From assembly GCA_044224875.1 (NCBI GenBank), contig JBGAJQ010000039.1:1-50180 (forward strand): 50,180 nt of DNA. The letters are read 5' to 3'. Below the pieces are notes generated by a model. The model was given only the letters and a program-made list of their open reading frames with translations. It did no database searches and was not told where the DNA came from. Below are positions 36,618 to 47,083 of the stretch, one piece after another. The stretch is from Gemmatimonadaceae bacterium (GTDB lineage Bacteria > Gemmatimonadota > Gemmatimonadetes > Gemmatimonadales > Gemmatimonadaceae). The stretch's first letter is position 1. Every line of letters starts with the position of its first letter. A program made the translations under genes and the position numbers.

Positions 36618-38579
36618 GTGAATCGTTCGCGTTTTCGCCTGGTACGCATAGCGTTTGTCGGATGGATGGTCGTCGCGTTCGTCACGCGACTCGTCATTCT
36701 GATCTTTGGGCGGTCACAGCACTCGGCGTCGGCCACACAGGTGTTTCAGGCGCTGGCCATAGGTGAGCTGTACGACGTGTTGGCGGCGATGTGGCTGCTC
36801 GCCCCGTTTGTCCTCTACCTCGCACTCACAACTGAGCGGTGGTTTCATCGACCGATCAATCGTGGCCTCGTGCGCACTGGGTTTTTCGTCTCAGCCGGCT
36901 TTGCCATCTTCGTTGCCGCGACTGAGTACTTCTTCTTTGACGAGTTCACCGGCCGATTCAACTTTGTCGCCGTCGACTACCTGATTTACCCGACGGAAGT
37001 CGTGAACAACATTTGGGAGAGCTATCCACTCATTCCCGTATTGCTCGGAGTGATCGTTGCCTCCGCCCTGTCGGTGCGAGCGATCCGCCAGCCGCTGGCG
37101 GAGGCATTCGCCAGCACCACGCCTCCATCGCGTCGTTGGGCAACGCTCGGTGTATACGCGGCGGCGTTAGGTGCCCTCACACTCGCCGCCCGTCCGGAGT
37201 GGGCCCGCGTCTCGGAAGACCGGGAACTGAATGAGGTAGCACTCAACGGCTACTACACGTGGTGGCTCGCGTTCATGGGACAGGATGCGCCGTACGAAGG
37301 CTGGTATGCGACGGCGCCCATCGACGAGCAGAACGCACGTTTGCGCCGCCTGCTCGCCGAGCGGCAGTTGGACACCACGTCGCTTCATGCGGGCACCACG
37401 GTGCGACGAATTGCCGCGGTTTCACCGCCACGTCGGCTGAACGTGGTGCTGGTACTCGAGGAGTCGTTGGGCTCACTTCTGGTCGGCGCACTGCATCCGC
37501 GCGATACCTCGCTGACGCCGCGGTTCGATTCATTGATCACCGAAGGGACGCTCTTCGCGAACGCATACTCGACGGGCAATCGCACGATTCGCGCGCTCGA
37601 GGCCACGACGTCGTCCATTCCGCCCCTGCCGGGAATCTCCATCGTTCGCCGGCCCGCATCGCGTGGGTTGTTCACCCTGCCGGAGGTCCTTCGTGAGGCA
37701 GGTTATTCGACGACGTTCATATACGGTGGGCGCGCCCTCTTTGACGGCATGGGCGAATACATGCGCAATAACGGGATGGAACGCGTCATCGAGCAGAAGG
37801 ACATCACCGATACCGCATTCACCACCGCCTGGGGCGTGGCCGACGAGTTCCTGTTCAATCACGCGCTGGGTGTGATGGATCAGCAGTCGGCCAGTGGCAA
37901 GCCGTTTTTCAACCTGATCCTGAGCGTCTCCAACCACAAACCCTACACGTACCCAAAGGGACGCATCGCCGCGGACCCGGACAAGCACTGGCGGGTGAAC
38001 GCGGTGCAGTACGCCGATTGGGCGTTAGGCGACTTCATGCGCAAGGCCAGGACTCACGCATGGTTCGACAGCACCCTGTTCATCCTGATGGGTGACCACG
38101 GGGCGCGAGTCTACGGAGCCGCGCAGCTGCCCATCCCCAGTTACGAGATCCCGATCCTGTTCTATGCGCCCGGGATCATTGCTGCTGGCCAGCGGATTAC
38201 CACCGTGATGTCCGCGCTCGATCTTCCATCCACGATTCTCGCGCAGTTGGGGCTGTCGTACACGTCGAAGTTCTTTGGGCGGGACGCGTTCAGCATGCCG
38301 GAGCAGGACGGACGCGCCCTCATGACGCACAACAACGAAATCGCCCTCATGCGTGGCGGGTACGTCGCCGTCCTCGGACTTCGCGGGGCGACAACCTTGT
38401 ACCGATACGAGAAGGGAAGCGAGGCGCTCACGCGTGTACCGAGCCCCGACTCGGCCGGCAATGAAGCGATTCGCGACGCCATCGCCTACTTCAGCGCGGC
38501 GGACAGACTCTATCGTCAGGGGGCGCTCAACTTTGTCGCCGACAGCGGTGCGCACGGAAGTCGCGCAGCCCGCCGCTAG
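36618..38579 (+). CDS. LTA synthase family / sulfatase-like membrane transferase
   Basis: About 5 N-terminal TM helices, NVVLVLEES, GNRTIRA (Thr nucleophile), SNHKPY, GDHG. Confidence 0.88.
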   Translation: MNRSRFRLVRIAFVGWMVVAFVTRLVILIFGRSQHSASATQVFQALAIGELYDVLAAMWLLAPFVLYLALTTERWFHRPINRGLVRTGFFVSAGFAIFVAATEYFFFDEFTGRFNFVAVDYLIYPTEVVNNIWESYPLIPVLLGVIVASALSVRAIRQPLAEAFASTTPPSRRWATLGVYAAALGALTLAARPEWARVSEDRELNEVALNGYYTWWLAFMGQDAPYEGWYATAPIDEQNARLRRLLAERQLDTTSLHAGTTVRRIAAVSPPRRLNVVLVLEESLGSLLVGALHPRDTSLTPRFDSLITEGTLFANAYSTGNRTIRALEATTSSIPPLPGISIVRRPASRGLFTLPEVLREAGYSTTFIYGGRALFDGMGEYMRNNGMERVIEQKDITDTAFTTAWGVADEFLFNHALGVMDQQSASGKPFFNLILSVSNHKPYTYPKGRIAADPDKHWRVNAVQYADWALGDFMRKARTHAWFDSTLFILMGDHGARVYGAAQLPIPSYEIPILFYAPGIIAAGQRITTVMSALDLPSTILAQLGLSYTSKFFGRDAFSMPEQDGRALMTHNNEIALMRGGYVAVLGLRGATTLYRYEKGSEALTRVPSPDSAGNEAIRDAIAYFSAADRLYRQGALNFVADSGAHGSRAARR

Positions 38580-38596
38580 CGGCCATATTGTTGACC

Positions 38597-38845
38597 ATGT
38601 CGTGGGTCGGCCTCTTCTTCACGCTGGCGGGACGCGCCGTGCTGCGTCCCGCCCTCGCCCGTGACCTGCTGCGAGTGGCGTGGCGGTTTCGCTCGCGCGG
38701 ATGGTATCGGCGCCCTCCCTTTCTCCCCCTCCCTGACCGCGCGTATGTGCGTTGGCGCATGCACACCGCGTACGGATCCGACGACGCGCTTCCGCCGGTG
38801 GAGGACGTGATCCGTTACGCCCGGTGGGTGACGAGCCAGGACTGA
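38597..38845 (+). CDS. Small hypothetical protein
   Basis: 82-aa ORF (WYRRPPFLPLPDRAYVRWRMHTAYG) directly upstream of and overlapping queG. Confidence 0.7.
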   Translation: MSWVGLFFTLAGRAVLRPALARDLLRVAWRFRSRGWYRRPPFLPLPDRAYVRWRMHTAYGSDDALPPVEDVIRYARWVTSQD

Positions 38846-39876
38846 GCGCCGCGCGATCATCCGCGCTGGCGGCGCGCATCAAAGCACAGGCGTATGCCGT
38901 CGGCTTCGATCTCTGCGGTATTGCGACGCTGGGGGAAGCCAGCTCTTATCCGGCCTTTGAGCGTTGGTTGTCGTTAGGCCGGGCCGGCCAGATGAACTAC
39001 ATGGGACGCTACCGCGAACAGCGTCGCGATCGGCGACTGGTGCACCCGGGTGCGACCTCGGCCATCGTCGTGGCCATGAACTATGGTGGGCGGCAGCCAC
39101 CGGGACCGATCGCCCGGTATGCGCGCGGCGATGACTATCACGACGTCATGCGCCAGCGACTACGCCTGCTCCACGAATGGCTGGAAAAAGAAGTTGGGGA
39201 GTCCGTGGATGCTCGGCCGTACGTAGACACGGCACCGATCCTCGAACGAGACCTCGCCCGCCAAGCCGGGCTCGGTTGGATAGGAAAGAACACGAACCTC
39301 ATCAACCCGCGCGTGGGGTCGTTCTTCTTCCTCGGCTCATTGTTCGTGTCGTTGGAGCTGCCCGCCGACGCACCATTCGATACCGACCGATGCGGCACCT
39401 GCACGCGATGCCTGGAGGCGTGCCCGACGCAGGCGATCGTAGCGCCGCACGAACTCGACGCGCGGCTGTGTATTTCGTATTTGACGATCGAACAGCGCGG
39501 AGACCTGCCGGAGACGGCGCGTCTGGCGATCGGCGAGTTGCTGTATGGCTGCGACATCTGCCAGGACGTGTGTCCATGGAACGTGAAGTTTGCTACTGAT
39601 GCAACGGTGGCCGCGTTGGTACCGCGTCCGGAAAATGTCACGGTGGACGCCGCTCGCTTTCTTGACGAGGTGCGCTCCGACTATGGGAAGCGCACCCGTG
39701 GATCCGCGATGAAGCGAGCCAAGCGCCAAGGGTTGGCGCGCAACGCCACGGTCGTCCTCGGTAACCGTGGAAGCGAGCGGGATGGTCCCGTGCTGGAGCG
39801 AGCCGCGACCGACGAGGATGCGGTCGTGCGCGAGCACGCCGTGTGGGCTCGGAATCGATTGCACTCGCCGGAATAG
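38824..39876 (+). CDS. queG: tRNA epoxyqueuosine(34) reductase
   Basis: [58 protein letters not shown]. Start is GTG 38824 or CTG 38842. Confidence 0.95.
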   Translation: MGDEPGLSAARSSALAARIKAQAYAVGFDLCGIATLGEASSYPAFERWLSLGRAGQMNYMGRYREQRRDRRLVHPGATSAIVVAMNYGGRQPPGPIARYARGDDYHDVMRQRLRLLHEWLEKEVGESVDARPYVDTAPILERDLARQAGLGWIGKNTNLINPRVGSFFFLGSLFVSLELPADAPFDTDRCGTCTRCLEACPTQAIVAPHELDARLCISYLTIEQRGDLPETARLAIGELLYGCDICQDVCPWNVKFATDATVAALVPRPENVTVDAARFLDEVRSDYGKRTRGSAMKRAKRQGLARNATVVLGNRGSERDGPVLERAATDEDAVVREHAVWARNRLHSPE

Positions 39877-39962
39877 CGGTCAGACCGGGCATGACGCTGG
39901 CGGGGACGCGACGGCGGGTCGTACGTTCCCTACTCACCCCTGAGAACTCCGCCAGTCGCATC

Positions 39963-41984
39963 ATGACTTCTTCCGGTCATACCGCCATTGGTGACGCTCG
40001 GTACGACGTCACCCTGCTGGATCCCAACGTCCTGCATCTCTTCAATGAAGGGACGCTGGATCGCGCGTATCGCGTGCTGGGGGCACATCCTCACGTTGCC
40101 GACGGCGTCGCCGGAACCTACTTCGCGGTATGGGCGCCTAACGCGGCGACCGTCTCATTGATGGGCGAATTCAACGGGTGGAGCAAGAACAAGCACCCGA
40201 TGCGCCTCCACGGTCAGTCCGGTATTTGGGAGATTTTTCTTCCAGGCGTTGGACACGGCGCGCACTACAAGTACTTCGTGGTGGGGAGGACGGGCGGCTA
40301 TCGTGTCGACAAGGCGGACCCGTACGGCTTCTTCCAGCAAACGGCGCCGGAGACGGCGTCCATCGTGTGGAACCTGGACTACGCCTGGGGCGATGCCGCT
40401 TGGCTGAAACAGCGCGCGGAACATCGCGCTCTCAACCGACCGATGTCGATCTACGAAGTCCACCTCGGCTCCTGGATGCGCGTTCCCGAAGAGGGGAATC
40501 GCTTTCTCACCTATCGTGAACTCGCGCCCAGACTCGCAGACTACGTGGAGGCGCTCGGCTTCACGCATGTGGAACTGATGCCTGTGATGGAGCATCCGTT
40601 CTACGGCTCGTGGGGGTACCAGATCACCGGATATTTTGCGCCGTCCAGTCGCTATGGGACACCGCAAGACTTCAAGTACTTCGTCGACGTGCTGCACCAG
40701 CGAGGCATTGGGGTGCTGCTCGACTGGGTTCCGTCCCACTTTCCCACAGATGCGCACGGACTCTCGTATTTCGACGGAACGCACCTCTACGAACACGCTG
40801 ACCCGCGAAAGGGACACCAGCCGGACTGGGACAGCTACATCTTCAACTACGGCCGGTTTGAGGTACAGAACTTCCTGCGCAGCAATGCCCTGTTCTGGTT
40901 GGAGGAGTACCACGCGGATGGCCTGCGCGTGGACGCCGTCGCCTCCATGTTGCACCTGGACTTTTCACGGAAGGCCGGGGAATGGATTCCGAACAAGTAC
41001 GGCGGCGCCGAAAACCTCGAGGCCATCGACTTCATCCGCCGGTTGAACGAGAGCGTGTATCGGGATCATCCGGACACGGAGACCATTGCCGAAGACTCGA
41101 CGGCGTGGCCGATGGTGACGCGACCGGTGTATGTCGGCGGACTCGGGTTCGGCATGAAGTGGGACATGGGCTGGATGCACGACACGCTCAAGTATTTCGC
41201 GCAGGACTCACTCTTCAGGAAGTATCACCACCAGAAGGTGACGTTCCGGATGATGTACGCTTTCTCCGAGAACTATGTCCTTCCCTTTTCGCACGACGAG
41301 GTCGTGCACGGCAAGGGATCGATGATCAACAAGATGGCCGGTGACAACTGGCAGCGCCGCGCCAACCTGCGCCTGCTACTTGGCTACCAGTGGGCCCAGT
41401 CGGGGAAGAAGCTGTTGTTCATGGGAGCCGAATTCGCGCAGTACAAGGAGTGGAACCACGACAGCAGCCTCGATTGGCATCTGTTGCGGCTGCCGGAGCA
41501 CGCCGGCGTGCAACGATGGGTGGCAGACCTGAATCGCGTGTACCGCGAACTCCCCGCGCTGCACGTGCAGGACTTCGTGCCGGAAGGCTTCGAGTGGGTG
41601 GACTGTAATGACGCGGACGAGAGTATCGTCTCGTTCCTGCGGTTTGGCCCGAACCGTCGCGACCCGGTGCTCGTCGTCTGCAATTTCACTCCCGTTCCGC
41701 GGCGCGATTTCCGCATCGGCGCGCCCGAAGGTGGGCGTTGGGAGGAAGTGCTGAACAGCGACGCGTCGCAGTACGGCGGCTCCGGATGGGGCAACTTCGG
41801 CGGTGTGGATGCAGAGTCGGTCTCCATGCATGGGCGGCCATACTCCGTGCGACTCGCCCTGCCGCCACTCTCCATTCTCTACTTTCGTCGCAGCGCCGCG
41901 TCCCGCGCTGGCGATGCGGCTGTCATTGCGACTGAGTCGAGTACCGACGAGCCGCTCCCCACTGCGGCGATGCCAACGCCCTAG
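39963..41984 (+). CDS. glgB: 1,4-alpha-glucan branching enzyme
   Basis: [49 protein letters not shown]. Confidence 0.96.
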   Translation: MTSSGHTAIGDARYDVTLLDPNVLHLFNEGTLDRAYRVLGAHPHVADGVAGTYFAVWAPNAATVSLMGEFNGWSKNKHPMRLHGQSGIWEIFLPGVGHGAHYKYFVVGRTGGYRVDKADPYGFFQQTAPETASIVWNLDYAWGDAAWLKQRAEHRALNRPMSIYEVHLGSWMRVPEEGNRFLTYRELAPRLADYVEALGFTHVELMPVMEHPFYGSWGYQITGYFAPSSRYGTPQDFKYFVDVLHQRGIGVLLDWVPSHFPTDAHGLSYFDGTHLYEHADPRKGHQPDWDSYIFNYGRFEVQNFLRSNALFWLEEYHADGLRVDAVASMLHLDFSRKAGEWIPNKYGGAENLEAIDFIRRLNESVYRDHPDTETIAEDSTAWPMVTRPVYVGGLGFGMKWDMGWMHDTLKYFAQDSLFRKYHHQKVTFRMMYAFSENYVLPFSHDEVVHGKGSMINKMAGDNWQRRANLRLLLGYQWAQSGKKLLFMGAEFAQYKEWNHDSSLDWHLLRLPEHAGVQRWVADLNRVYRELPALHVQDFVPEGFEWVDCNDADESIVSFLRFGPNRRDPVLVVCNFTPVPRRDFRIGAPEGGRWEEVLNSDASQYGGSGWGNFGGVDAESVSMHGRPYSVRLALPPLSILYFRRSAASRAGDAAVIATESSTDEPLPTAAMPTP

Positions 41985-43015
41985 GAGTCGCCAAGCGCCC
42001 GCCGCACGACCGGCGCCACTTCCGTCCCGAACAACTCGATTGAGCGCATAACGGCAGCATGCGGCACTGGCCCGACGCTGAATTGGATCAGGAATCGCGT
42101 GAAGCCGAAGATCGAGTGTTCGTACAGCAGCTTGTCGATGACCTGCTGCGGGCTTCCGATCAATAAGGCGCCGTGCGGCCCACACTCCGCGTCAAACTGC
42201 CGGCGTGTCGGTGGTGGCCATCCACGTTCCCGCCCGATACGCGACATGACGTCAATGAAGGGTGGAAACGCGGTTTCGACCGCATCCTGCGAGTTATCGG
42301 CGATGAATCCGTGCGAGTTGATGCTGAGTTGCAGCTGTGCGGGGTCGTGTCCCGCCAGTCGGTGCTCGTGCCGGTACAACTCGGCGAACGAGCCGAAGCG
42401 TGCCGGCGCACCGCCAATGATGGCGATGGCGAGCGGGATGCCCAGGCGACCCGCGCGAACGACCGATTGCGGGGTCCCTCCGACCGCAATCCAGAGCGGC
42501 AACGGATCCTGGAGGGGACGAGGGTACACCGGTTGGTCACGTAGGGGTGCGCGCACAGACCCTGACCAACTCACGCGCTCGTGCCTCAACAGCTCCAACA
42601 GTAGTTCCAGCTTCTCCTCGAAAACCACGTCGTAGTCATCCAGCCGGTAGCCAAATAGCGGAAACGACTCGATGAACGATCCCCGCCCGGCCATGATCTC
42701 GGCGCGACCACCGGAGATAAGGTCGACCGTGGAGTATTCCTGGAACACCCGCACCGGATCGTCCGATGAGAGCACGGTGACCGCACTCGTCAGACGGATC
42801 CGCGACGTGCGTGCCGCCGCTGCAGCCAGTACGACGGCCGGCGTCGACACGACGTAGTCCGGCCGATGGTGCTCCCCGACGCCAAAGACATCCAATCCCA
42901 CTTGGTCCGCCAGCTCGATCTCCTCGAGAAGATCCTTGAGTCGCTGAGCAGAACGCTGGGCCTGACTCCCAGGACCGCGGCCAACCTCGGCAAACGAATA
43001 CACGCCTAGCTCCAC
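41981..43015 (-). CDS. LLM class flavin-dependent oxidoreductase
   Basis: [45 protein letters not shown]. Confidence 0.92.
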   Translation of the reverse strand: MELGVYSFAEVGRGPGSQAQRSAQRLKDLLEEIELADQVGLDVFGVGEHHRPDYVVSTPAVVLAAAAARTSRIRLTSAVTVLSSDDPVRVFQEYSTVDLISGGRAEIMAGRGSFIESFPLFGYRLDDYDVVFEEKLELLLELLRHERVSWSGSVRAPLRDQPVYPRPLQDPLPLWIAVGGTPQSVVRAGRLGIPLAIAIIGGAPARFGSFAELYRHEHRLAGHDPAQLQLSINSHGFIADNSQDAVETAFPPFIDVMSRIGRERGWPPPTRRQFDAECGPHGALLIGSPQQVIDKLLYEHSIFGFTRFLIQFSVGPVPHAAVMRSIELFGTEVAPVVRRALGDS

Positions 43016-43188
43016 TGCTGTCCTCGTGGTTCAGGTGCGCCCTCGCAGCCGATCCCGGCATCACGCGTCGGCTGCAAAGCTACTCGTCGACTAACCGAAG
43101 CTCAGGCGGTCCCGGGGCTACACGAGATACTTGCTTTTGGCATGTAATTGTATGACTTTCGCCAGTATCTTGCCCGCGCGGAGCGAAT

Positions 43189-44145
43189 ATGTCGTCCGGA
43201 AATCGGCGGCCACCCACTGAACACGACGTTGCGGCCGTACGTCGATTCAACCGCTTTTACACTCGGTGGGTCGGAGCGCTTGAGAAGGGGCACCTGGGTT
43301 CGGAGTTCCCACTCCCCGAAGTCAGAGTCATCTACGAGCTCGCGCATCGCGACGACCCAACGATCTCCGACCTGAAACGAGAGCTGGCACTCGACGGCGG
43401 TTACGTCAGCCGTATCGTGGCCAAGTTGCTCCGTTCCGGGCTGGTCCAGCGGACGACATCGCCATCGGATGGAAGACGTGCGCACCTGCGCCTCACGCCG
43501 CAGGGCAGGCTTGCCGCCGCCGACCTCGAACGGCGCGCGGTGGGGGCCGTGGCGCAGATGCTCGATCCCCTGTCGCAGGATCGTCGTGCCCGACTACTCA
43601 CGGCGTTGCGGACCGCCGAACAGTTGATTGCTGGAACCGACCCGCTGGCGGCGCGCGATTCGTCGTATGTGTTGCGATCGCCAGAGCCTGGAGACCTCGG
43701 TTGGGTAGTTCAGCGACACGGAGCCTTGTACTGGCAGGAGTACGGCTGGGACAATCGGTTCGAGGGCCTCGTGGCAGGCATTGTCGCCGACTTCCGGAAG
43801 AACTTCGACGAACGCCGGGAACGGTGTTGGATCGCCGAGCATCAGGGGCAGAACGTGGGTTCGGTCTTTCTCGTTAGGTATCCAGAGCGCGAAGGTGTGT
43901 GCAAGCTGCGGCTCCTGCTCGTTGAGCCGTCGGCGCGCGGACTGGGTATTGGGCAGCGTCTGGTGGACGAGTGCCTTCGATTCGCGCGCGGGTGCGGATA
44001 CCACACCATGAGCCTGTGGACCAACAGCATTTTGCACGCAGCGCGCCGCATCTACGAACAGCGCGGCTTCGAGCTGGTGCACGAAGAACCCCACCAGAGT
44101 TTTGGCGCCGACCTCGTTGGGCAAACCTGGGAGCTCTCGTTGTGA
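43189..44145 (+). CDS. Bifunctional MarR-type HTH / GNAT N-acetyltransferase
   Basis: VRRFNRFYT...LDGGYVSR...DGRR (MarR) and PGDLGWVVQRHG...LRLLLVEPSARGLGIG...LWTN (GNAT). Confidence 0.93.
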   Translation: MSSGNRRPPTEHDVAAVRRFNRFYTRWVGALEKGHLGSEFPLPEVRVIYELAHRDDPTISDLKRELALDGGYVSRIVAKLLRSGLVQRTTSPSDGRRAHLRLTPQGRLAAADLERRAVGAVAQMLDPLSQDRRARLLTALRTAEQLIAGTDPLAARDSSYVLRSPEPGDLGWVVQRHGALYWQEYGWDNRFEGLVAGIVADFRKNFDERRERCWIAEHQGQNVGSVFLVRYPEREGVCKLRLLLVEPSARGLGIGQRLVDECLRFARGCGYHTMSLWTNSILHAARRIYEQRGFELVHEEPHQSFGADLVGQTWELSL

Positions 44146-45287
44146 CGAGTACACGACCGCGTGATGGGCGGGACCTCGCTTCGTTTCTTGCGGACGTCGC
44201 GCATCCGAACGTTGCACCTGCGGAGAGCTGGCAGCCACTCATCTTCACCGTGCTGGCTGGGGAGATGGCGGCGCTGCAGGCGGCGTGTCAGTCCCACGGC
44301 CTCACCCTCATCGATACCATCGATCGCCAGTTGGCCGACCTGGCGGTGATCCGCTTTCCGAACCCGGCGTCCACGCCGCGACGGAAGGATTTCGTTGCGG
44401 CTGCATTGGCCCCACGTCAACCGACGGATCCTCTGCCCGGGCAGTTCGTCTACTTCCCCTGGCAATCGCAGGTGGTCCGCACGCTGGATGCCGAGGACTA
44501 CTTTGACCTCGTCACCGATCGCAACCGGGACAAGATCACCACGCGCGAACAGCAGCACCTTCGAACACGAACCGTGGGCGTGATCGGGCTGTCGGTCGGA
44601 GGGGAAGCGGCCGTCACCGTGGCGCAGGAGCACCTGTGCGGCCATCTCGTTCTGGCTGACTTTGACCGCTTGGACGTGTCGAATCTCAATCGGTTGAATG
44701 CGGGCGTCGATGAACTCGGTGTCCTCAAGACGACGATCGTTGCCCGACGCATTGCTCGCATCGATCCCTTCCTCCGTGTCACCGTCTGGCCGCAGGGCGT
44801 CACTGCCGACACCGTGGATGCGTTCCTGGATGGACTCGACCTATTGGTTGAGGAATGCGACAGCTTGGCAGTGAAATTCGACCTTCGTCGAGCGGCGCGC
44901 GCGTTAGGGCTCGATGTCGTATACGCCGCTGACGAGCGTGGATTCCTGAGCATCGAGCCATATGCTCATCGGTCGGAGCTCCAGGAATTCCACGGCGTTG
45001 TGCCGACGCGCCCGAAGCCTAAAGAGCAGTTCGAATCGCCGGTCGCCTTCATGCGCGCCCTCACCGATTGGGTCGGCGGCTGGGATGGGATCTCGGAGCG
45101 TGCTCGACAAACGCTCGAACACATCGGAGAAACGCACAGTGGCTATCCGCAACTCGCAGGTGAGGCGCGATTCGCTGCCGGCGAGGTGGCCCATGTGGCG
45201 CGACGACTCTTGCTCGGCGATCGACTTCCCCCCTTCTTGGGACAGATCGATCTCGACGCGATCATCGAGCACCGTGCGAGTCGTTAG
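44142..45287 (+). CDS. ThiF/E1-like adenylyltransferase (Rv1355c/MoeY-like N-terminal part)
   Basis: VYFPW, RNRDKIT..EQ..L, GVIGLSVG, ADFDRLDVSNLNR, VEECD, YPQLA. GTGA overlap with MarR-GNAT. Confidence 0.82.
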   Translation: MTSTRPRDGRDLASFLADVAHPNVAPAESWQPLIFTVLAGEMAALQAACQSHGLTLIDTIDRQLADLAVIRFPNPASTPRRKDFVAAALAPRQPTDPLPGQFVYFPWQSQVVRTLDAEDYFDLVTDRNRDKITTREQQHLRTRTVGVIGLSVGGEAAVTVAQEHLCGHLVLADFDRLDVSNLNRLNAGVDELGVLKTTIVARRIARIDPFLRVTVWPQGVTADTVDAFLDGLDLLVEECDSLAVKFDLRRAARALGLDVVYAADERGFLSIEPYAHRSELQEFHGVVPTRPKPKEQFESPVAFMRALTDWVGGWDGISERARQTLEHIGETHSGYPQLAGEARFAAGEVAHVARRLLLGDRLPPFLGQIDLDAIIEHRASR

Positions 45288-45343
45288 GTTCATCCTTCGC
45301 AACCGTCGGATTGCGTCCGTCCAGACCTTGACCGCACGCGTGC

Positions 45344-46246
45344 GTGTCCGCTTACCAGCGATTCCTCGCCTATCGTCGCTCGCTCCCGCGCCCGCCACGA
45401 CTCCATCGGCAAACAGTCGGCGTCCGCGGTCTGGACTTCGCCGTGTTCGCCACGCCGCCAGTGAACGACCGGCTGCCGTTGGTTTGTGTTAATGGCGGTT
45501 TGCTCTTCGATCACCGGTTGCTGTGGCCAGCGCTCTCCCAGCTCGCGAGCGGTCGACAGCTGATCTTCTACGACCAGCGCGGGCGCGGTGGAAGCCAGGC
45601 ACCGCCCGGGATGCGAGCCGCAGCGATCGAGCACGACGCCGGAGACCTCGCCGCCCTGCGTGTGGCGCTCGGCCTCAAGCAATGGGACGTCCTGGGGCAT
45701 TCGTGGGGTGGTGGGATCGCCATGCTTGGAGTCGCTCGCGATCAGAGCGGCGTCCGGCGCCTTGTGTTGGTAGACTCGGTCGGGCCAACAGGCGATTGGC
45801 TTCCACTGCTTCACGAGGCCGCACTTAGAAGGCTGGGACCGGCTGAGCGAGAGGCACTGGCCCGGTTCGATCCACGTGCACTCACCGTCGGCGATCCCGC
45901 TCTGCATTCGGCGTACGCCCGCGCGTTTTATCCGGCCTGGTTTGCGGAGACCGAGTTCGCCCGAACTTTTTCGCCTCCGCGGAGTGATAGTGTGACCGGC
46001 GCCACAATTGCTGCGCGCCTGCGACGGGAGGGCTACGACTGGAAAAACCTCCTAAGTGCCGTTGCCACAGAGACACTCGTCCTTCATGGAGACCGAGACC
46101 TACTGCCCGTCCGCGTTGCACACGAGCTGGTCTCTGTCTTGCCCAATTCGCGTTTGGTGCTTTTGCCTGAGGCCGGTCACATGCCGTTCTGGGAAGCACC
46201 GGAGGCGTTTTTCGCGTCCGTCACCGCATTTCTCGAAGACCCCTGA
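45344..46246 (+). CDS. Alpha/beta fold hydrolase (proline iminopeptidase-like)
   Basis: YDQRGRG, GHSWGG, HGDRD, AGHMPFWE. Confidence 0.88.
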   Translation: MSAYQRFLAYRRSLPRPPRLHRQTVGVRGLDFAVFATPPVNDRLPLVCVNGGLLFDHRLLWPALSQLASGRQLIFYDQRGRGGSQAPPGMRAAAIEHDAGDLAALRVALGLKQWDVLGHSWGGGIAMLGVARDQSGVRRLVLVDSVGPTGDWLPLLHEAALRRLGPAEREALARFDPRALTVGDPALHSAYARAFYPAWFAETEFARTFSPPRSDSVTGATIAARLRREGYDWKNLLSAVATETLVLHGDRDLLPVRVAHELVSVLPNSRLVLLPEAGHMPFWEAPEAFFASVTAFLEDP

Positions 46247-46261
46247 CCCCAGTCACCCGGC

Positions 46262-47083
46262 ATGAAGCGCACAGACGTTGTATTCGCATCGGTTCTAACG
46301 CTTCTTGCTTCCTTCGTAGGTGTGCAGGCATACCAGGCGCGTCACTCACAGAACGTGGCCTTCGGCATCACGAGCTTCGGCACCTCCGCTGAGGCCAGCC
46401 CAGCGACGGACGCGCGATCAGCAGGACCGTCTGGGGTTGCCACGCGCAAGGTGCTGGCTGCGGCCGCCAGCAATTCGGACGCACGAGCCGAGGCGCGCCG
46501 CCGACTGGAGATGTACTCGGGGGGAACGTACATCGGGGACATGCTGGCAGCGCACGACTCCTCACTGGCAAGGTGGCCAGACCGTCGCGGCGTTCCCCTC
46601 CGTGTGTGGGTGCAGTCGTCACCCGCACTCGGCGACTGGAATCCCGACAACGTGGCCTTGGTCCGCGAGGCGTTCTTGTCGTGGACCGACGCTGGCGTCC
46701 CGATCAACTTCACCTTTGTGCTCGATTCGGCCACCGCCGACGTACACGTCACCTGGATTGATCGTTTCGACGAACAGATCAGCGGAAAGACGCTGTGGAC
46801 GCACGATGAGCGGTGGTGGATCGTCGACGCAGACATCCTGCTCGCGCTGCACCATCGTTCTGGTGAAAGTTTGGACTCATCGGCGATTCGAGCGATCGCG
46901 CTGCACGAGGTTGGTCACCTGGTTGGTCTCGACCATACGCGCGATACCACGGCCATCATGACGCCGCGTGTGCATACGCGTGAGCTGTCGAAGGCTGACC
47001 GGGCGACGGTGCAGCTGTTGTACGCGTTGCCTCCTGGCTCCGTGCGTTCGTCGCCGGCGCTACCAGCGCAGCGCGATCACTAA
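46262..47083 (+). CDS. Matrixin family (metzincin) metalloprotease
   Basis: N-terminal signal/anchor, HEVGHLVGLDH, Met-turn AIM. Confidence 0.9.
   Translation: MKRTDVVFASVLTLLASFVGVQAYQARHSQNVAFGITSFGTSAEASPATDARSAGPSGVATRKVLAAAASNSDARAEARRRLEMYSGGTYIGDMLAAHDSSLARWPDRRGVPLRVWVQSSPALGDWNPDNVALVREAFLSWTDAGVPINFTFVLDSATADVHVTWIDRFDEQISGKTLWTHDERWWIVDADILLALHHRSGESLDSSAIRAIALHEVGHLVGLDHTRDTTAIMTPRVHTRELSKADRATVQLLYALPPGSVRSSPALPAQRDH

Noticed and set aside
43125..43175. MarR operator or promoter in the AT-rich stretch
   Set aside because: I could not fix a convincing palindrome or a correctly spaced -35/-10 pair.
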